The position numbers and the translations under genes were made by a program. This document shows positions 60,399 through 64,000 of a stretch of 64,000 bases of DNA, piece by piece; positions within the stretch are counted from its first letter, which is position 1; every line of letters starts with the position of its first letter. This DNA comes from Coleofasciculus sp. B1-GNL1-01. GTDB lineage: Bacteria; Cyanobacteriota; Cyanobacteriia; Cyanobacteriales; Coleofasciculaceae. The notes under the pieces are model-generated. The model did no database searches and was not told the DNA's origin. It saw only the letters and a program-made list of their open reading frames with translations. The stretch is from assembly GCA_040220235.1 (NCBI GenBank), contig JAVJTO010000084.1; one strand, written 5' to 3'.

Positions 60399-61907
60399 TT
60401 AATTCAGTGATTTATCATAATCGGGAATTCGCCGAGTGCGGTAGGTTAGAGGAAGTGCATTTTGATTTTTTATTCTTTCGGTTAACCATTCAGGTTGCTC
60501 ACTTAGGGAAATTGACATTGTATCATCAGGAGACACTTGATAAACCCATTCAACACCAGGACAAATCTTAGACTCCATATTCGGGACTGACGGGGGCCAT
60601 TTTCCGGTTTTTGCGGCTATTGCTTTAACCTGCAATATTTTTTGAGTTAATTCTAATTCAAGCATATATTGGGTTGCTCTGTGATGTCCATTGAACCTGG
60701 CTGGTACTATTGTCTGACCGGGAATATTCCACCAGGCTGGAGTTGTATCAATTGTTGCTGATGCAGCTGAATCTGACAAACATATATTCTGTTGCTTCGA
60801 TTCTGCCAGACGTTTTATTTGTATATTATACGTATCAATTGCAGAAAAGCGACGATAAGGTTTGAAAATAGGAAATTTGATTAGGAAAGCCAATAATAAA
60901 TCTTCCGGACTAAACACCTCTTCAGTTGAATATACAAGAGGTAAATATAAAGGTGAACTTCGCATAAAGTTGAATTCAAATAAAAAATCTGTTTCTAGAG
61001 AAATTAACACTGATTGATGGTAGTCATGTTCTAGCAAGCGCTGCTGCCACTCTACGGGAAGATATTCAAGCTTTCTGATTACACCTGTACTATATCTACC
61101 CATAATTAAGACAACCAATTGACTAATAAGATAATAGTCGTTACGAAGTGACTGATTGAGTCTCCAGGATACCTCTAGCATTTCTTCGGCTTGTTTAACT
61201 TGACCACGGCTATTTTTTTCTAAGACATCCAGTAAAATTACCTTTTGTAAATTAATTAAATTCAAATGACTGGGAAAACCAAACGTATAATCACTCTCCA
61301 CTATTGGAGTCATATCTCTCTCCCACTGTGGAACTTCATTATTTAAGATATGCTGACGAATAGTTTCTATATTTTCCTTATTATTCATCAAATATTGCCT
61401 TAATTTATCGGGTATTGGATCGACTGTATCATTAGGTTTGCTTATTTGAGCATCCAAATAATCCCCTAGTTCTTCCCGAATTGCTTCAAAAGCCTGTCGG
61501 TCACTTTCAGAAACAGCAAAACCGGGATGAGACCTGGTATAAACGTCGAAAGTAAACTCAGTCGCACCACCACCAGGTATTCCCAATTTTGCCATCAAAG
61601 CTCGCAACTTCAACGCCGAATCATTTGGTTCAGTATCCGGAAACCGTTCGACAAATTCTTCGATATCCTGTTCAATTTCCTTTTCCTGCTGAGATGCGAG
61701 GAAATTACCGCCAATCATCCAGATAGCTAATAATCCAATTACACTCGGTACGAACCAGCGAAGTGACTTGAGGAGAAAAATTAAACTGGGAATTGACCAC
61801 TGTCTTAATTTAGCTGATGATATACCAATAACTCTGAACAGCCCTTGTTCTATACTTTTGGTTCCCGGAATAGGAGTAAATAATAGTTTAACGATTTTTT
61901 CTCGCAT
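60399..61907 (-). CDS. Hypothetical membrane-anchored protein
   Basis: 502-codon ORF, N-terminal hydrophobic helix, no family recognised; start uncertain. Confidence 0.7.
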   Translation of the reverse strand: MREKIVKLLFTPIPGTKSIEQGLFRVIGISSAKLRQWSIPSLIFLLKSLRWFVPSVIGLLAIWMIGGNFLASQQEKEIEQDIEEFVERFPDTEPNDSALKLRALMAKLGIPGGGATEFTFDVYTRSHPGFAVSESDRQAFEAIREELGDYLDAQISKPNDTVDPIPDKLRQYLMNNKENIETIRQHILNNEVPQWERDMTPIVESDYTFGFPSHLNLINLQKVILLDVLEKNSRGQVKQAEEMLEVSWRLNQSLRNDYYLISQLVVLIMGRYSTGVIRKLEYLPVEWQQRLLEHDYHQSVLISLETDFLFEFNFMRSSPLYLPLVYSTEEVFSPEDLLLAFLIKFPIFKPYRRFSAIDTYNIQIKRLAESKQQNICLSDSAASATIDTTPAWWNIPGQTIVPARFNGHHRATQYMLELELTQKILQVKAIAAKTGKWPPSVPNMESKICPGVEWVYQVSPDDTMSISLSEQPEWLTERIKNQNALPLTYRTRRIPDYDKSLN

Positions 61908-62724
61908 AGTTTTATTGCTCTGTGCATCTGTAATTAACGTATCTACACCACATATATATCTTGGCAAAGATGCGTTACGCTACGCTAACACACCCTACAC
62001 ATAGAACACTTAGAGGCTTTGCATAAGTCCTAACCTAATCATACCTATTTTAATTCCTGGCTAATGCACTAAACGACTTTTTTGTCAAATTCGTCCCTTT
62101 GTGAGTTCTAAAAATTAGGTAATGTAATATATTTGTATTTTTTAAATTTTTACGACAGTAGAGAGGATGAAAATACGCCTTTTCAAGGCGTTTAAGCGAT
62201 GTAGTTAAAAAATTTGCTACAAAAAACACCCAATACAACATTATCGCAACAACATACTACAACCTCAAACCCCCGTCAACTCAGGATTTGCCAGTGACTT
62301 TTTCTGCCAGCCCTAAATCTGACTATCTTGAGAATATTAAAACTCAAACATAAAATTGAAAAGTTTTACTTATTAAACCAGGCTTGATCAGCACCAAGCT
62401 TGGCTGAAAGCAAAGACAGCGCCACCACAAGCTAAGTTATCAGGGGTTGGTGGAATAAGTAGGCGGACACAATTAAAGTTAACGGTTGAGATTAGGGAAC
62501 AGTTTTCGCGTCCGGATTTTCGACGACAGGTGGTGAGGGTTTAACCGTGGAGGAGGGTTCGATATCCGGTTGGGGTGGCATTGGGTTAGTTTTCATCGTC
62601 ACGTTTCCTTAATGTCGCTTGCGATCGCAGGATTCGGCATTAGCCGTTTATGATCGAATAGGGTCGATCGACTTAGCTGTAAAGAACAACGCGATCGCGA
62701 CAAATCTGACTACCACCGACTGAG

Positions 62725-63426
62725 ATGATTGACTTTACCCTCTGGGATCAACTATTACGCCAATACGTTGATGAAAATGGTCGCGTCAATTATCAGGATT
62801 GGTCAAAACATTCATACCAAACCCTGATGAATTGGCTAAAGACTGTAGAACAACTCGATCCCAACTCTCTCTCCAATCCCGATGAACGATTAGCGCTATG
62901 GATTAACCTCTACAATGCCTCTGTGATTGCTTCCATTTTGGCACGCTACCCGATCAACTCCATCCTACCCCGGATTTTTGGTATCCCTAACTGGCTAGCC
63001 TTTCTCTGGTTCTTTATCCATCCTTTGCCACCCAATCGCCGTTACAGCCTCAACCAAATCGAACATAAAATCCTTCGCCGCGACTTCAACGAACCCCGCA
63101 TTCATTTTGCCTTGGTTTGTGCAGCAATTGGCTGTCCTTTGCTGCGTCCGGGTGCGTATTGGGCAGAATCGGTACGCAACCAATTAGAGGAAGACGCCAG
63201 TCGCTTTATTAATAATTCTGATAAAGTTCGATACGAGCAATCGAATCAAACCCTTTATTGTAGTCGCATCTTCAAATGGTACGGGGATGACTTTCTCAAC
63301 GTCGCTGACTCCATCCCCGATTATATCCGCGCTTACCTGAAAACTGAGAGTGCGATCGCGTCTGATACTCCTATTATTTACCTGGACTACGACTGGACAC
63401 TTAACGATCAGCGAATATCCTCGTAA
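62725..63426 (+). CDS. DUF547 domain protein
   Basis: G.VNY, LALWINLYNA, SLNQIEH.ILR, EPRIHFALVCAAIGCP, SRIFKWY..DF, YDW.LN. Confidence 0.9.
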   Translation: MIDFTLWDQLLRQYVDENGRVNYQDWSKHSYQTLMNWLKTVEQLDPNSLSNPDERLALWINLYNASVIASILARYPINSILPRIFGIPNWLAFLWFFIHPLPPNRRYSLNQIEHKILRRDFNEPRIHFALVCAAIGCPLLRPGAYWAESVRNQLEEDASRFINNSDKVRYEQSNQTLYCSRIFKWYGDDFLNVADSIPDYIRAYLKTESAIASDTPIIYLDYDWTLNDQRISS

Positions 63427-64000
63427 AATTTTTTCAGATAGGCTGCGGGCATTCCCAACCCCCACAAGACACCCACATAAATATAAATCGCCGTTGCTTT
63501 CAGTGATCCCCAACGTGCTACGCGGCGATCAGAACTCTGAACCACTCGATTCACCAAACGAATTCGTCCCCGCTTGACTAACTTCAGACATAAATCCGCC
63601 TCTTCCATAATCGGTAACGTGGGATCAAACCCGCCACATTCCCAGAAATCGAAGCGGCGAACAAACATCACTTGATCCCCAAACAGCAGGCGCAATCCCC
63701 GACAAAATAAATGAGGTCGAAATAGTAGAGGTGCATAGTAAGTTTTCAGGTAATTATGCAACGATATTCCCCAGCGTGTTGTTCGTGAACCTGCCATCAG
63801 GGAGATAAATCCGCCACAGACGACAGTGGGGTCAATTAAAGTCTGCTGAATCACTGATATTAAATCATCTGGCACTAATGTGTCAGCATGAAGAAAACAG
63901 AGAACCTCTCCTTTTGCCTGCTGTGCGCCTTGGTTCATCTGAATCGAACGTCCAGCGTCCTTTGAGAGTATAACCTGTACTCCGGCGGATGACGCGATCG
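63408..64000 (-). CDS. TIGR04283-like GT2 glycosyltransferase, 5' part outside the window
   Basis: GRSIQMNQGA..A.GEVLCFLHADT, FGDQ.MFV, GGF...PIMEE, SS.RR. Confidence 0.8.
   Translation of the reverse strand, partial: IASSAGVQVILSKDAGRSIQMNQGAQQAKGEVLCFLHADTLVPDDLISVIQQTLIDPTVVCGGFISLMAGSRTTRWGISLHNYLKTYYAPLLFRPHLFCRGLRLLFGDQVMFVRRFDFWECGGFDPTLPIMEEADLCLKLVKRGRIRLVNRVVQSSDRRVARWGSLKATAIYIYVGVLWGLGMPAAYLKKFYEDIR

Noticed and set aside
1..64000. tRNA/rRNA genes and the many short antisense ORFs in the track
   Set aside because: No cloverleaf or rRNA signature seen by eye; antisense ORFs lie within well-supported genes

Overview
Chromosomal window from a cyanobacterium (frequent HIP1 GCGATCGC, STRR-type 7- and 9-bp tandem repeats, pipX-pipY-sepF-proC, crtR, ferredoxin-sulfite reductase; a filamentous oscillatorialean origin is my inference). 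The main feature is a ~17 kb co-directional minus-strand locus (8276-25322). In transcription order it holds a multi-TM lead gene, a kinase-less pilin-G/H-like protein (B0), seven Hanks-type Ser/Thr kinase genes of two largely alternating classes, and a translationally coupled AAA/STAND-TM-WD40 gene. Class A is kinase + hypervariable TM hairpin + conserved C-terminal domain; class B is kinase + GYGCGC-TM + type IV pilin-like G/H domain + 33-aa helical repeats. The array shows tandem duplication, mosaic recombination, repeat copy-number change, a nonsense allele and a probable scar of a deleted gene, and lies next to an RloA/RloB (AbiL-like) pair. A second candidate signalling/conflict module (HEAT-TM-STAND ATPase plus partner ATPase, 56.5-60.3 kb) carries a 65-bp palindromic repeat inserted in frame. 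The rest is housekeeping or accessory: transketolase, SPS-like GT4, lalA-lptC, TolC/TetR/DevBCA, frameshifted uraA, cofH, GT2/GT-C, moaE, SBP56, tandem Rpn genes, sir, LysE, DUF547. All family calls come from motif recognition, not database searches. Four single-base lesions in 64 kb could partly be assembly errors.
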